Shown: positions 1 through 12,910 of the stretch, piece after piece | Layout: every line of letters starts with the position of its first letter | Position numbering within the stretch: the stretch's first letter is position 1 | DNA from: Octopus sinensis | Taxonomy: Eukaryota | NCBI RefSeq assembly: GCF_006345805.1 | Contig: NC_043019.1 | Span: 20,893,360 to 20,957,359, forward strand | Direction of reading: 5' to 3' | Length of the DNA stretch: 64,000 bases | The notes under the pieces: generated by a model | Told to the model about the DNA's origin: nothing | Seen by the model: the letters and a program-made list of their open reading frames with translations, nothing else | Database searches by the model: none | Made by a program: the position numbers and the translations under genes

Positions 1-156
1 CGACTCTCCCAACCCACTGCCCATTGCGATTACGATTATGCCAGTCCGCCGCCCTCTGGCCAATTCCACTCTAGACAATGTGAATTAGTTAAAACCAGCG
101 ATAAAACTGTTTCTTCGCCTTCCTACTTTCATCCACTGTATTTATAAAAAAAAAAT

Positions 157-576
157 GGATCTTTTCGGTTTGAACGGCAGTTTTTTCTAGCGGTGTCATA
201 TGAAATTGTCACCTATAACTATGACCCTAGTATCGATCTATTGTATTGCAATCTATTTTAGGGCTAGGGTTAGTTAGGGGTGGGGGAAGGGTATATTTTT
301 TTCTTCAGAAATGTAAATAAACCCAATCTGTTTCTTAAACGAGGGACATTTTCATACGGCACAGAATGTTTTCACCTCAATAGACGGTCATTGATTGGTT
401 GAAATTTGCAGAAATTGAAGAAAAAACAACAAATATCTTACAAACTATAGAATTTTCTCAATAAAGCCAAGAGAAAAAGACGTTTTATAAACACATTCTA
501 CCAGTATACGAAGTTTAAAAGTGTTTAGTTACGTGGGAATTATTTTTAAAAACTGCCGTTCAAACCGAAAAGATCC
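157..576. mobile_element. Non-autonomous DNA transposon (MITE) with ~28-bp TIRs starting GG, Merlin-like
   Basis: Left GGATCTTTTCGGTTTGAACGGCAGTTTT and right AAAACTGCCGTTCAAACCGAAAAGATCC are exact reverse complements. A second copy lies at 46989-47404. Confidence 0.8.
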
Positions 577-1403
577 CAAAAATTGTTTTCATTAGCATTT
601 ATTTTCAAACTTTATTAAAAGTACAATCTTTAGGAAAACTGCACACACGAAAAAAAAAAATGCTTGGAATAATTATCTCGGCATTTTTGTACTGAAGATT
701 TCAACAAGTGGAAAAAGAAAAAGGAGTGGGTGAGGGGAGATTGCTCGCAGAGACACCGTTTGTTCCTGAACTGAAGGTACAGGAGGTTGCACTCTTTAAT
801 TGAGGAACGTAATGTTTATTATTATTATAATAATTAATATTATTGTCGTTTATGAAAATAAACAGTAAAAATAAAAAGCCATAGGGGGCGGGTGAGGCGG
901 TTCTATATGGAATGGTTACATTTCAGCGTTGAAAGATGATTCTATTTTCAAAACTAATGTTATGACAGTCACTTCCAAATCTTTGGTGCTCTTAAAAACG
1001 TATGCAACCTCATGAATATTTCCGATTACACTTGTGTAACACAGTTTTTGTCCTTGGGGAGCAACTGTTATTTATTTGCTTACCTCTAGAAAGTATGAGA
1101 AATAGTTAATATTTCCTTCAAACTTTTGCTTTTGTTGCATTTTTTCAAACCCCACAAAACCCCTCTCAACACATGGCTATGATACTCCCCGACTACTCCT
1201 CATGATCAGAGATGTACATATCGTCAGTCACTAAGGGACATGCTCGAGTAGTTATGGTCAAGCAACTGACGAGCAAATTTTGTTAATTGCTATTGTTTTT
1301 GCCTACAAGGTTCTTTGTATCCTCCTGTCTTTTGTCTTGCGTCGTCCTAAATGTTTCTCGTGGCCGTGTGAACAACAAAGAATTGTTAATACGGTAGTGC
1401 ATC

Positions 1404-1630
1404 GTTCACTCGGTCGTTCTTTTGTTCGTTCGCTCGTTCTTCCATTCGTTCGTTCATTTGTTCGTTCGCTCGTTCTTCCATTCGTTCGTTCAACCACACG
1501 TTCGTTCGTTCAACCACACGTTCGTTCGTTCGTTCCTTCACCCGTTCATTCGTTCGTTGGTTCGTTCACGTGTTCGTTCACACGTTTGTTCGTTCGTTCG
1601 TTCACACGTTTGTTCGTGCGTTCATTCGTT
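1404..1630. repeat. Degenerate (TTCG)n tetranucleotide repeat
   Basis: Runs of TTCGTTCG interrupted by CACACG/CAACC; explains the ORFs at 1280-1667. Confidence 0.9.
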
Positions 1631-2002
1631 TTCTTTCACTTGTTCTTTCTCGCGTCCTTATGAATAAGCCCACACTTCATCAAATTACGATAAATTTTTT
1701 AATAAAACATATGTGACCGCATTTAATGAAACCTACTGGGTATAAGTGCAGTGTACATTGTTATTATACATCTTATTTGTTTTAGATAAACATGGTGGTT
1801 AGTATAAATTCTCGTTAAAGGTGAAGGCTGGCCGCGTAGATTCCAACTTCCTTGCTCCCTCATCGCATCTGCCTTCTCGATTGGCCTAAATATTGATACT
1901 GATTAAATAACGGTAGTTTGTAGATATTATTTTCATTCAATCTCTGACACCTTCGCAATTCTTCTTGGGCAAACGAGGGAGTCTCTTGGTCGGTCTCACT
2001 CC

Positions 2003-2760
2003 CTCTCTCAGTCGGTTTCACTCTGTCTCTCTCTCTCTCTGTCTCTCTGTCGGTCTCTCTCTCTCTCTGTCTCTCTGTCGGTCTCTCTCTCTGTCGGTCT
2101 CTCTCTCTCTCTGTCGGTCTCTCTCTCTCTCTGTCGGTCTCTCTCTCTCTCTCTGTCGGTCTCTCTCTCTCTCTCTGTGTCGGTCTCTCTCTCTCTCTGT
2201 GTCGGTCTCTCTCTCTCTCTCTGTGTCGGTCTCTCTCTCTCTCTGTCGGTCTCTCTCTCTCTCTCTCTGTCGGTCTCTCTCTCTCTCTGTCGTCGGTCTC
2301 TCTCTCTCTCTTGTCGGTCTCTCTCTCTCTCTGTCGGTCTCTCTCTCTCTCTGTCGGTCTCTCTCTCTCTCTGTCGGTCTCTCTCTCTCTCTCTCGTCGG
2401 TCTCTCTCTCTCTGTCGGTCTCTCTCTCTCTGTCTGTCGGTCTCTCTCTCTCTGTCAGTCTCTCTCACCCTCTCTCGCTGTCGGGCTCACTCTCTCTCTG
2501 TCAGGCTCACCCTCTCACTCTCTCTCTCTGTGTCAGTCTCACTCTCTCTCTCTCTCTCTGTCAGTCTCACTCTCTCTCACTCTCTCTCTCTTTCTCTCTC
2601 TGTCAGTCTCACTCTCTCTCTGTCAGTCTCACTCTCTCTCTGCCGGTATCACTGTCTCTCCGTCGGTCTCTTTCTATCTATCTCTTTCTCTCTCTCTTTC
2701 TCTCTCTCCCCCTCTCGGTCTTCACCCCCTTCCTCCCTCCCTGTCTCTCTCTTTCTCACT
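2003..2760. repeat. Higher-order (CT)n microsatellite punctuated by GTCGGT/GTCAGT
   Basis: Repeated unit (CT)5-9-GTCGGT; source of the SL- and RE-rich pseudo-ORFs at 1860-2828. Confidence 0.95.
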
Positions 2761-2957
2761 TCCTACCTGGCATGGTAGAAGAAAGCACACCATGGCAACA
2801 AGAATATATATTGAATTGTAAATATTAGCCCAAACATTGAATTTCTGACGAAGGTTTTCTGCCCTTGTCATACGTCGTTTCATCTGAATATTCTTTTGCT
2901 TGTATTGCGTAAATACTCCTTGTATTAATGCAGCAGTAAGTTATGTTCATATACATA

Positions 2958-3348
2958 GGCGCAGGAGTGGCTGTGTGGTAAGTAGCTTGCTAACCAACCA
3001 CATGGTTCCGGGTTCGGTCCCACTGCGTGGCACCTTGGGCAAGTGTCTTCTGCTATAGCCCCGGGCCGACCAATGCCTTGTGAGTGGATTTGGTAGACGG
3101 AAACTGAAAGAAGCCTGTCGTATATATGTATATATATATATGTGTGTTTGTGTGTCTGTGTTTGTCTCCCTAGCATTGCTTGACAACCGATGCTGGTGTG
3201 TTTACGTCCCCATCACTTAGCGGTTCGGCAAAAGAGACCGATAGAATAAGTATTGGGCTTAGAAAGAATAAGTCCCGGGGTTGATTTGATCGACTAAAGG
3301 CGGTGCTCCAGCATGGCCGCAGTCAAATGACAAACAAGTAAAAGAGTA
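2958..3348 (+). mobile_element. Abundant SINE-like element (family A) with internal (TA)/(TG) tract and GAGTAAAA tail
   Basis: Starts GGCGCAGGAGTGGCTGTGTGGTAAG, ends CAAGTAAAAGAG; ATACATA on both sides is a possible TSD. More than 10 near-identical copies in the window. Confidence 0.85.
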
Positions 3349-3558
3349 ATACATAAAGCAACTCTTGCCACATTACCAATGCTTTTCTCTACTACTTTTT
3401 CCCTGCTACTTTTTCTGTTAGTTCACACTTTCAGTGATTAAAAGACTTTCAACTTCCCTTCTTTATGAAAATTCCATCATAAATCCTACAGCTTCAAAAT
3501 CTTGGCTGCCTTTTTTTAACCAGTTATTTACCTTTTTTTTTTTTCTTTGGTTTCTCAG

Positions 3559-5504
3559 AAAACCAGTTGACAGAAGGGTCAGAAGTTTTGACTTACCAAG
3601 ACAAAATCAGCATTGAACGAAGAGATAGTTTATTGTACCAATTCTACAAACAGAACGTCTTCTGTGATGTGACTCTGGTGGTTGGTAAAACTCACATTCG
3701 AACACACAGTGTTATTTTGGTTTCTACATCCGAATATTTCCGAGGCATGTTTACTTCCAGTTGCCAAGAAAGTAACAGCAAAATTATCGATTACACAAAC
3801 ATGTTTGCAGATGCAGATGTCTTGAAGTCCATCATTGAATATATGTATACTGGAGAAATTTCTTTGAAGATAGATTCCATCGTCGAGGTGCTTCATGCCT
3901 CAGAATATTTTTTGTTAACAATGCTAAAATGGATTTGTTCGAAATTCCTGGCTTTAAATTTGAAGCCTTTAAATTCTTTGATGACTTGGAAGCTTAGTCA
4001 CTTGTACAATCTAGAACAATTGAAGGTAATCGTTGGTGCACTTTTAGAAGAAGTATTTTGTAAGGAAGTTGTTGAAAATACTGATATGAGGCATTTTCCT
4101 GACTTTTGTATCCAAGAACTGATCAATCACCAATCAATATTTCGTTGGTCGAAACCTGAAGATATCATTTTCTTGATTACAAAGTGGTTAGGCTTAGATG
4201 ATAACAGACGGAGCAGTGCAAAGAAATTATTGTTGAGCTATTTAGAAAAACAAGGGTTCAACTCCATCTTATACCAAGTCAATAGAATAACACGGCTGAA
4301 ACCATTTTCACAAAATAAATTTTTTCAACAACAGCAAGATGTGTGGACTATTCTGATTAGTGAAAAATTGCTGCCAGAAGCAATAAGTTTTTTCTGTGAA
4401 AAATCCCAAAACTGGATTGTGAAAACTCATCCGAATCTCTCCGGCGTGCCGCTGGGAATAGTTGATGGAAATTATTTAGTATTGCATATTTCAGAACAGC
4501 TTGGTATTGAACTTGTGAATCTTACAACACAGCGTAAGTATATTATTAGATCCACCGTGTTCTCTGATCTGCTTTCCGAATCAAGAACTCATTCTGAGAC
4601 GTGTAAAATTGTATTTTATTGCTATTCTGGTAAAATATACGCAAATTTTATGAAGGTCTGTGAAAATCCAGTTAGATCATTGTGCCTTCACATATTTAAT
4701 TATAATATTATCAGTGATAATTGGAGCCAAATTGGCTCCCTCAGAGAAAATCTGAATACTTATTGTCATTTTGACAACTGTTCATTCTATTTTAGGGAAT
4801 GGCATTTAATCATTCCTTTTGGCGAACATTTATTCTTTGGAATTGGACTCCAGACAAGCCGAACACAGCACATTTCTGAAAGCACTCCAGTAGAAGTTGA
4901 CTGTGACAAAGAGCAGATAATTTTAATAAAATGTAACTTAAATAAAGTTAGTTGTCACGTTTGGTGTACCAGAGTATTGAAGAATTTTGAATATTCTGGA
5001 TTCTCGTCAGCTTTTATTTTGAAAAACAGAATAATTTTCATAGAACCAGCTTCAGAACAGAAGCTGTTTAATCCCAGTGACTTCTCTCGAACTATGGTAA
5101 CCATAGAATGTTATTCTGTTGAATTAGAGTCAAAGAACTGGATTCGAGAACGATTTAACATTCCTATTCCTGAAACGTCCTTCTTACCTCTCGATCTGTT
5201 TAAATTTACTAATGTGAAATTTCCTTCGTTTATTTCTAAAATTGTAGATCAAAAAATTGTTTTGGCAGTTCACAAAGCCCCTTACGTATTTCAAATCTAT
5301 GTGTTTGATCTCTTAAGTTATAATTGGACTACTTTACCGCCATGCAATCTTCCTGCAGTATCACAGATGAAATTGTCGTACGCAAGATCTTATAAACCAA
5401 TCTGCCAGTTAGTGAAAGATACTTCAGAAAAGAACTTGTTATTGACAAACAGTATACCTTTTCACTCCATCCCTCTTGGAGTAAAGCAAGTTTCTGAATT
5501 GTAA
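3559..5504 (+). CDS. BTB-BACK / kelch-like protein, main coding exon (start codon probably in an upstream exon)
   Basis: 645-codon ORF with BTB motifs FCDVTLVVG..HSVILVSTSEYFRGMF..IIEYMYTG, a BACK-like region, and C-terminal Y..W motifs (YNIISDNW, FDLLSYNW). Preceded by polypyrimidine tract + AG (TTTTCTTTGGTTTCTCAG, AG at 3557-3558). The TTG at 3567 is not a credible eukaryotic start. Confidence 0.85.
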
Positions 5505-5642
5505 CATCTCAAACAATTACATCAAAGGAAGGTCATTTTAGCCATTCAAGAGCAAAGGCAAAATGTTGAATTCACTTTTCGTTATTTCTGAGTACTAACT
5601 AGAACCTTTGGTGAAGACACTGGTGTTAAACTGGCTGAGAAA

Positions 5643-6965
5643 TTACTTAAAGATTTTTTGCATTCTTTTAATGGAGTTGGACTTGCCTGTTTCTCAGAAG
5701 TGGATTTTTGAGCTGAGACTTTTCTTGGAGAAGGAATTTTAGAAAATGGTACATCTTTCTTTACTTAATTTTTTTCATTTAGCAAACTTATTTCTTCAGC
5801 TTCTCGATGCAAATCTATCAAATCTTCGGCTGTCTGTAATTTCTCCTGAGTTTTTGATTCAAGCAAATGAACAGGCACAACAATTTGTTCTAGATCCCAG
5901 AGTTGGCAAAACTGAGTACGTCTGGGTCTTTGTCAGATCTAAGTATTTTGCTTAACATTACAGAGATCAGATAAGCGGGCATCATCTTCGGGTAAATTTA
6001 GTGTTTGTTTCATGCATGGAATGAATCTACAGAGTTTTAAGCGAATATTTGGAACTAGATCACAACATAGATTAAGGGCATTATCAAAGAGCTTCTCTTT
6101 GAAAAATGACTTCGAATATATATCTAAACTGATGCTGCAAACATCAAGAAAAAGACTTCGAAAATAGCAGTTACCCACGGACAATTCTTCTGTTAACTTG
6201 TTAATAAGTTGTTCTCTATATTCAGCCTTTTTTAGAGTACGCAGGAGTGTCAAAAATGTGCGTGCCACTGCTAATTTTACAAGTAATGCCCTAGCTTTTT
6301 TCAGTTTAGTGTAGATCACCAGCATAATTTTTACATAAATAGTTTCTGAATTAAACCACTTTGGAAGACTAGACAGACTGAGTACAAACACTTCTTGTAG
6401 TTGCCAAGAATAAGAGGAGACTATCACAGATTCTGCTGCCATGATGGCTGGAATGATTTCTGCTACTTGATTTTCTGAATGTTTATGTTTGCCTAGAACT
6501 TCAAAAATTTCTGCAAGATGAGATGTAACTCCACTAAGTACGTCTAGATTATTGTCTCTTAGAAGATCTGCAAGGTTTTTCAGTAGAATCCCAGACTGAG
6601 AATTTCAAAGTTTGACCCCCTCATGAAAACCATGTGCTATATTTTTTCGGACTGCAGGTAAAGAATCCTTACACATCATTGAAAACGTTTCTAATAGTTC
6701 CGATTCAAAATTTTTGGCCCCCAACAAAGAAATAGCTGGAAAGTTGTAGGCAGCATTTATCCTGCCGTTATGAAATGGATGTTCAATAGCCAATTGATCT
6801 TTAAACCCGTATTCAGAAGAATTACTATTTTTATCTGAATAACCAACTTCTCACAGTTTTTTTGTAACAATCCCAAAACCAATCTTTTTGTTTTTCATTT
6901 AAATTTGCGGAAAGATCATGACATAGATGACCAATATGCTTTGCAATTATGGGTAATGTGTGATC
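5643..6965 (-). pseudogene. PPP4R4: Intronless disabled copy (probable processed pseudogene) of protein phosphatase 4 regulatory subunit 4
   Basis: Conceptual translation HIGHLCHDL..AAYNFPA..VRKNIAHGFHE..LLRDNNLDVL..RSLFLDVCSI..SKSFFKEK..DLVPNIRLKLC..LRSDKDPDVL matches PPP4R4 HEAT repeats as I recall them. In-frame TGA at 6851-6853 and 6605-6607; frameshifts near 6857-6863, 5946-5949 and ~5893; no introns over ~1.3 kb. Confidence 0.85.
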
Positions 6966-9900
6966 CAGTACTCAGTATCAGGAAGTTTTGTTGCTCTTCT
7001 GCAATTTCACTGGAACTCCTTTTGTGTTAGTCACCAGATCAGAGAATGTGACAAAGTTTTCACATTTACAATAGAATTAAGTTCTTGTGTTCTTAAATAA
7101 CTAAAGTGATTCTTCCTTGCTGTAACTACATTGGTTTAAATAAACATTCTCAGATTGAATTACATGTTTTATTAACTCTTTGAATACAGAGTTCCTGATT
7201 GCCATTAAATCAAAATGTCTTGTATACGTTCTGGTTCAAATTCCATTGAAGTTAACTGGGTTCATGAGATTAAAATCCAAATTTTTTTTATCAAGTCAGC
7301 TACTCTTTTCAGACACAGAATATTGGTCCCAGCATATGCTGATTATGTTCAAGGGATTAATATCAGTTTTTTTTTTTTTTTTCTAGTTTCAACTCAGAGC
7401 TGTGGCTATGCTGATGCATGGCTAAAACTGAATTATATTTCCATAGAACTCTTTTACAAATATTTCTGGTGGTATTCAACTTGAAAATGCATGTTATAAA
7501 TTAAAATACTTCAATAAATAAATTTCAAACTATTTTCTTTATTTGCCGATGCAAACCATCATGAGCTAGAATTACAGGTGCATGGCGTGACCTAGAAGTT
7601 AGGGTATTAGTCTCATCTACTCAGCTGTACAGGTACAGCTAAGTATACAATGATGACTTGTGGGTGGAGGTTATCTCTGTGACTGACTGGCATCCTTTTC
7701 AGGTGGAAACTTCTCTTAGCGTAAAGTCCTGAAAATTTGAATGAGCCTTGTAGGTTCAAAACAGTTTTTAAGCAATTACAATTAATTATTTGATTCATTA
7801 AAAAGTGGCAAGCTGGAAGAATCACTGGTGCATTGGACAAATTCCGTTACAGTATTTTTTCCAAGATCTTTTACATTTTGAATTCAAATCCCAGCAAGGT
7901 CGACTTTGGTTTTTATTTTATCTACTTTGTAAAAATAAAAGCAGTCAAGTACTGGGGTCAATGGTGTAGTCTAATCCTGATTCCCTCAAAATGTGCTGAC
8001 ATTGTGTGTCAATTAAGTCATTATTATTCATGAATGAAATTTTATGGTTTTTGAAATTAAAATTTAATTAAAAAAACTTTTTTAATGTATTTTCGAAATT
8101 TTAATTTTTTCTATTTAACTGTGACTATTAAATGCTATATTGATTTCACTGCTATCTCTAGTGGTCAAGCGTCCAGCATTGATGAGACCAAGAAAGGTCA
8201 GAATCATGTGATCTGGTGGTCTCAGCACTAGAAATGAGGGGTTATCTTTCTACAAGTACAGGACAAAATACCAAAAGAAGCTAACTCCTCATCAGTTGTT
8301 GGATTGTTTATTACTACCTATTTTTTGCTTTTAATGACAATATAGGAATGCTTCATAAGACAGCAGCATGAGAAAATTTTAAAATATAAAATTCGGACTG
8401 TGGCTTAAATTTTTGTTTTAATTTTTAAAGAAATCTTTAAAATTAAATAGTTTCTTTGGTTTGATGATAAGATCAGCTGCGATGCTGATGAAGCAATATT
8501 TATAAAATAATGAGGCCTCAATAGGAAAATGTGATGAATCAGTATCTGGGGAGATGCCACACCATTATAATCTGCTTTCTCATTATATAATTACATCAAG
8601 TTGGGTTTTAATTGTAAACAGTTTTTACAGTAATGTAGAATGTTTATGTAAGGCAACAAAAAAAACAAAAAAACTTTGAATGTTGTGGATAATAAGATTA
8701 ACCTCAGGTCCCTTCTAATCAAGCAGATCTATGATCAAAGTAAGCAGCGCATTTTCTATTGAAAATGTTAAATGGAAAAACATACTGTAGTTCAGTTCAT
8801 AAATACAATACAAAAATTGAGTTACACAGGGGAATTCCACACGAGCAAGTACGCTTGGCCTGTTACTATGGAAACAGGCGCCTATATATTTGTGGCTTTA
8901 ATTGGCTAAAATTGCACCAAACTTACAAACGTTAAAAGCTATTAACTATTAATTTATAGCAAAAATTTCCATTATTAGCATACAATACCCCAAATTTGAA
9001 AACAATTGGAACAAAATTGAAAGGTGAAGGCCAAACAGAAAAGATCTAATTTGACTTTTGTTTCTAGCAGGTCAAGCAACCTTGTAGATTGGTTCTCTTA
9101 TTGTCAGGGGTGCAGTGTATAAAAAGCAAATTCGTCTCCACTGGTGTGTGAACTCTCAAAAGTATAGTATAACATATTTAACCCAACTTTATTTTATTTG
9201 CAACACCGACATATTTAATTCTCACTGTTAAATCCATAATATTAATTAATACTTATTCATGCCCTCAACAAACTAATTAACCCTCCATGAAAAATGATAA
9301 GTCAATTGAATAAGTCGTGTCAATTTGTTGTGTAAGCAATAGCATAGCTGACTTTCATCTGCAGAAATGGTTGGAAGAGGCACTCCACCACCACTGGAAA
9401 CCTTAAACGTCACATTCTTTTCCTTCTTAAACTGAATTAATACCCTAGTTCTACCCCATACACTTCCCAAGCCTTTAATCAGTCACTTTTATTAGGTAAC
9501 AAACATAGTGTTGATGGTGGCTGCGTAAGGCGACAATATTAACTAGGTTATGGCTATTCCGTCCAGTACGGAAGGAACCACGGGGATCAGAAACATTTCA
9601 CCGGATGCGAGTTGTTTTTCAAAAGCCTCTCAACCTTTGTAAATTTGATATTGTAAGAGAAAAATATGCCCCAAGGGATTCAAGGGTGGGAAAAAATTTC
9701 CACAGATGTTCCTCATCTTGACAAACTGATGCTGTTTTGGGGGTTTCTCAGATATTCGTCCATGTAAAATTGTAAATTTAAATAGATTAAATTTCAATAC
9801 AACTGAACATATTTTGTTCTTTGCCTTCAGTACTATTCTTCTTATTAATATTATTGGGGAGGTGAGCTGACAGAACCATTAGCACACCATACAAGATGCT

Positions 9901-9979
9901 TAGTGGCATGTCCTCTGTCTTTATGTTCTGAGTTCAAATAATGGCAAGGTCGACTTTGCCTTTCATCCTAAAAAATACC

Positions 9980-11270
9980 TAGAAATACCTAGCCAAAGAT
10001 AAACCTCTGTACTTGGCTTTCATTGACATGGAGAAAGCTTTTGACAGAGTCCCCCAATCCCTTACATGGTGGTCAATGCAGAAACTAGGGATAGTTGAGT
10101 GGTTGGTGAGAGCTGTACAAGTCATGTATAAGGATGCTGTCAGTAAGGTGAGAGTTGGTAACAAGTATCATGAAGAATTCCAGATAAAAGTAGAGGTTCA
10201 CCAAGGATCAGTCCTCAGTCCCCTCTTGTTCATCATAGTCCTCCAGGCTATAATAGTGGAATTCAAGACAGGCTGCCCCTGGGAGTTCCTCTATGCTAAT
10301 GGCCTTGTTCTAATAGCTGAGTCACTACCAGAACTAGAGAAGACGTTTCAGGTGTGGAAACAAGGATTAGAACCGAAGGGCCTTTGAGTCAACCTATTAA
10401 AAACCAAAGTCTTAATAAGTAGGAAGGCAGACAAATCACAATCCCTTCGGGTAGATGGTCCTGCTTAATCTGTAGAAAAGGCGGAGGTAGAAGCTCCATA
10501 AGATGTACCCGGTGTAAGCTATGGACACATAAGAAGTACAGCAATATCAAAGGGAGGTTAACTAGGAAGATAGTTTTGTGTGTGGCAGATGTACAGGGGC
10601 AATGAACACCGAATATGTACAGAAAACAAATTCCATCACATGCCAGGGGGTGAAACTAGAAGTAATTGATAGCTTCCATTACTTAGGTTATCAAGTCTGT
10701 AGCAGGGATGGATGCTCTGAGAGTGTAGGTGCTAGAATAAGAATAGCCTGAGCAAAGTTCAGAGAGCTGAGAGCTCCTACCTCTGCTGGTAACAAAAGGC
10801 CTCCGCTCAGACTGAAGGGTAGACTGTATGATACCTGTGTGCAAACAGCCATGATACATGGCAGTGAAACATGGGCTGTGACTGTTGAGGTCATGCGTAG
10901 GCTTGAAAGAAATGAAGCTGGTATGCTCCGCTGGATGTGTAATATCAGTGTGCATACATGACAGAATGTAAGCACCCTGAGAGAAAAGTTGGACATAAGA
11001 AGCATCTGATGTAGTGTGCAAGAGAGTCGACTGCACTGGTATGATCATGTGTTGTGTATGGATGAGGAGAGCTGTGTGAAGAAGTGCCACACCCTAACAG
11101 GAGGGAACCCATGGAGGAGGTAGACCCAGGAAGACATGGGATGAGGTGGTGAAGCATAACTTTCGAATGTTGGGCCTTGCAGAGGCAATGACAAGAGACC
11201 GAGACCTTTGGAGATATGCTGTGCTTGAGAAGACCCAGCAAACCAAATGAGATCATAGCCATGACCGATG
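9980..11270 (+). mobile_element. Decayed RTE-clade LINE, reverse transcriptase and C-terminus
   Basis: AFIDMEKAFDRVP..HQGSVLSPLLFIIVL..LYANGLVLIA; frame-disrupted. Confidence 0.9.
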
Positions 11271-11834
11271 CCAGTGTCGCATTTAAAAGTACTCCTTCAA
11301 TCGTAGGACAATATGCTGTGTTTGAGAAGACCTGTTCAGCCAAGGGAAATCAAAGTTGTAGCTGATGCCAGCACCGCCTGACTGGCACCCATGCCGGTAG
11401 CACATAGAAAGCACCATTTGAGTGTAGCCAATGCCAGTGCCACCTGACTGGCACCCATGCCAGTGGCATGTAAGAAGCACCATTCAGGCGTGGTTGATGC
11501 CAATGCTGTCTGACTGGCTCCTGTGCCAGTGGCACTTAAAAAGAACCCACTACGCTCTCGGAGATGTTCATGTTAGGAAGAGCATCCAGCTGTAGAAACC
11601 TTGCCCGATCAGATTGGAGCCTGGTGCAGCCTACTGGTTTGCCAGTCCTCAGTCAAACCCATGCCAGCATGGAAAGTAGACGTTGAACAATGATGATGAT
11701 AATGATGTTGTAAGTTGGCAGAATCATTAACACACTGGATAAAACACATTGTGAAATTTTGTCTGTCTTTACATTCTAAGTTCAAATTCCACCAAGGTCT
11801 ATTTTTCTCTTTCTTCCCTTTGAGGTCAATGAAA

Positions 11835-12910
11835 TGCAAGGTAGGGCTGAAAAGTCCGTAGGCTAACTATGAAGGAGTGATGGTAGAGCTGTGAAATCTT
11901 GCATGCATTAATTTTACCCCATTCTTATTAATAACTGCATTGTTTCTTTCCAGGTAAACTTGCATCTCACCATGCAAAGAAGGCTTCAAAAGTAACTAGT
12001 AGCAACTTCTCTTGAAAATGGGCAAAATTTGGTATTGTGGTATTATCAAGTAGCAGCAGAAAAATGGTTTAGCCCACAAGGACATTCTTGCTGACCTGGT
12101 TGCTATATTAGGAGATGATGCCTCCAGCTTTATCAACTGTGCTAAAGTGGGCTGCTGAATTTAGGAGAGAAGGAAGAGTCTTGAAAATGCCCAGGGTCTG
12201 AATGTCCTGCAACAGCCACCACTGAGGAAATCATTGATTGTGTTCACCAAATGCTGATGGATGACAGGCGATTGACTATAAATGAAATAGCCAATGCTAT
12301 TTGCATACTGCGTGAGAGCATTGAGAAAATTCTGCACAATGAACTTGGCATGATGAAGGTTTCTGCTTGGTGGGTGCCACGTATTCTGACACCTGATCAA
12401 AAGTGCACTGGGCTGATCACATCACTGGAAAATCTGACATTGTTTGAGGCAGATCCAGCTGGTTTTCCTGAATGTTTTTCTAACCCAGGATAAGTGTTGG
12501 GTTCATCTCTTTGGTTCATCTGGTTGAAACATGCCTCCTCACCTGCTTCAATGGCCAACATCGTTTCACCTGCAAGGAAGGTAATGACCCCAGTCTATGG
12601 GATGCAAAAAGCATTGTGGTTTTTTTTTTTACTATCTTCAAAAGAACCATCAATGGAGCGTATTAGGATAACTTACTAAGGCAGTTATGAAAAGCTATCA
12701 AGACCAAACATCCAGGAAAACTGATGAAAGAGATCTTGTTTCATCAGAGCAATGCTCTTGTACTCAAACCTTTGCTTTTAATAGCTGCTGTGTGTGACTG
12801 TGGCTTTGAAATGGTTGATCCCCATTCATATTATCCTGATTTGGCCCCATCCGACTAACATCTATTCTGCTACATAAAAAAGCACTTGGCTGTGAACTAG
12901 TATCACAGTC
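11835..12910 (+). mobile_element. Decayed mariner transposon fragment
   Basis: MDDRRLTINEIANA..ILHNELGMMKVSAWWVPRILT (WVPR motif); YYPDLAPSD-like remnant near 12830; mariner-like left TIR at ~11835. Confidence 0.8.

Noticed and set aside
1860-2828. Long ORFs (202-287 aa) rich in SL or RE
   Set aside because: They are translations of the (CT)n-GTCGGT microsatellite.
2845-2880. CTGACGAAGG..ACGTC as another hammerhead
   Set aside because: The GAAA box is absent and stem II is poor.
3567-3569. TTG start assigned by the ORF track
   Set aside because: The locus is eukaryotic; the TTG directly follows a splice-acceptor context.
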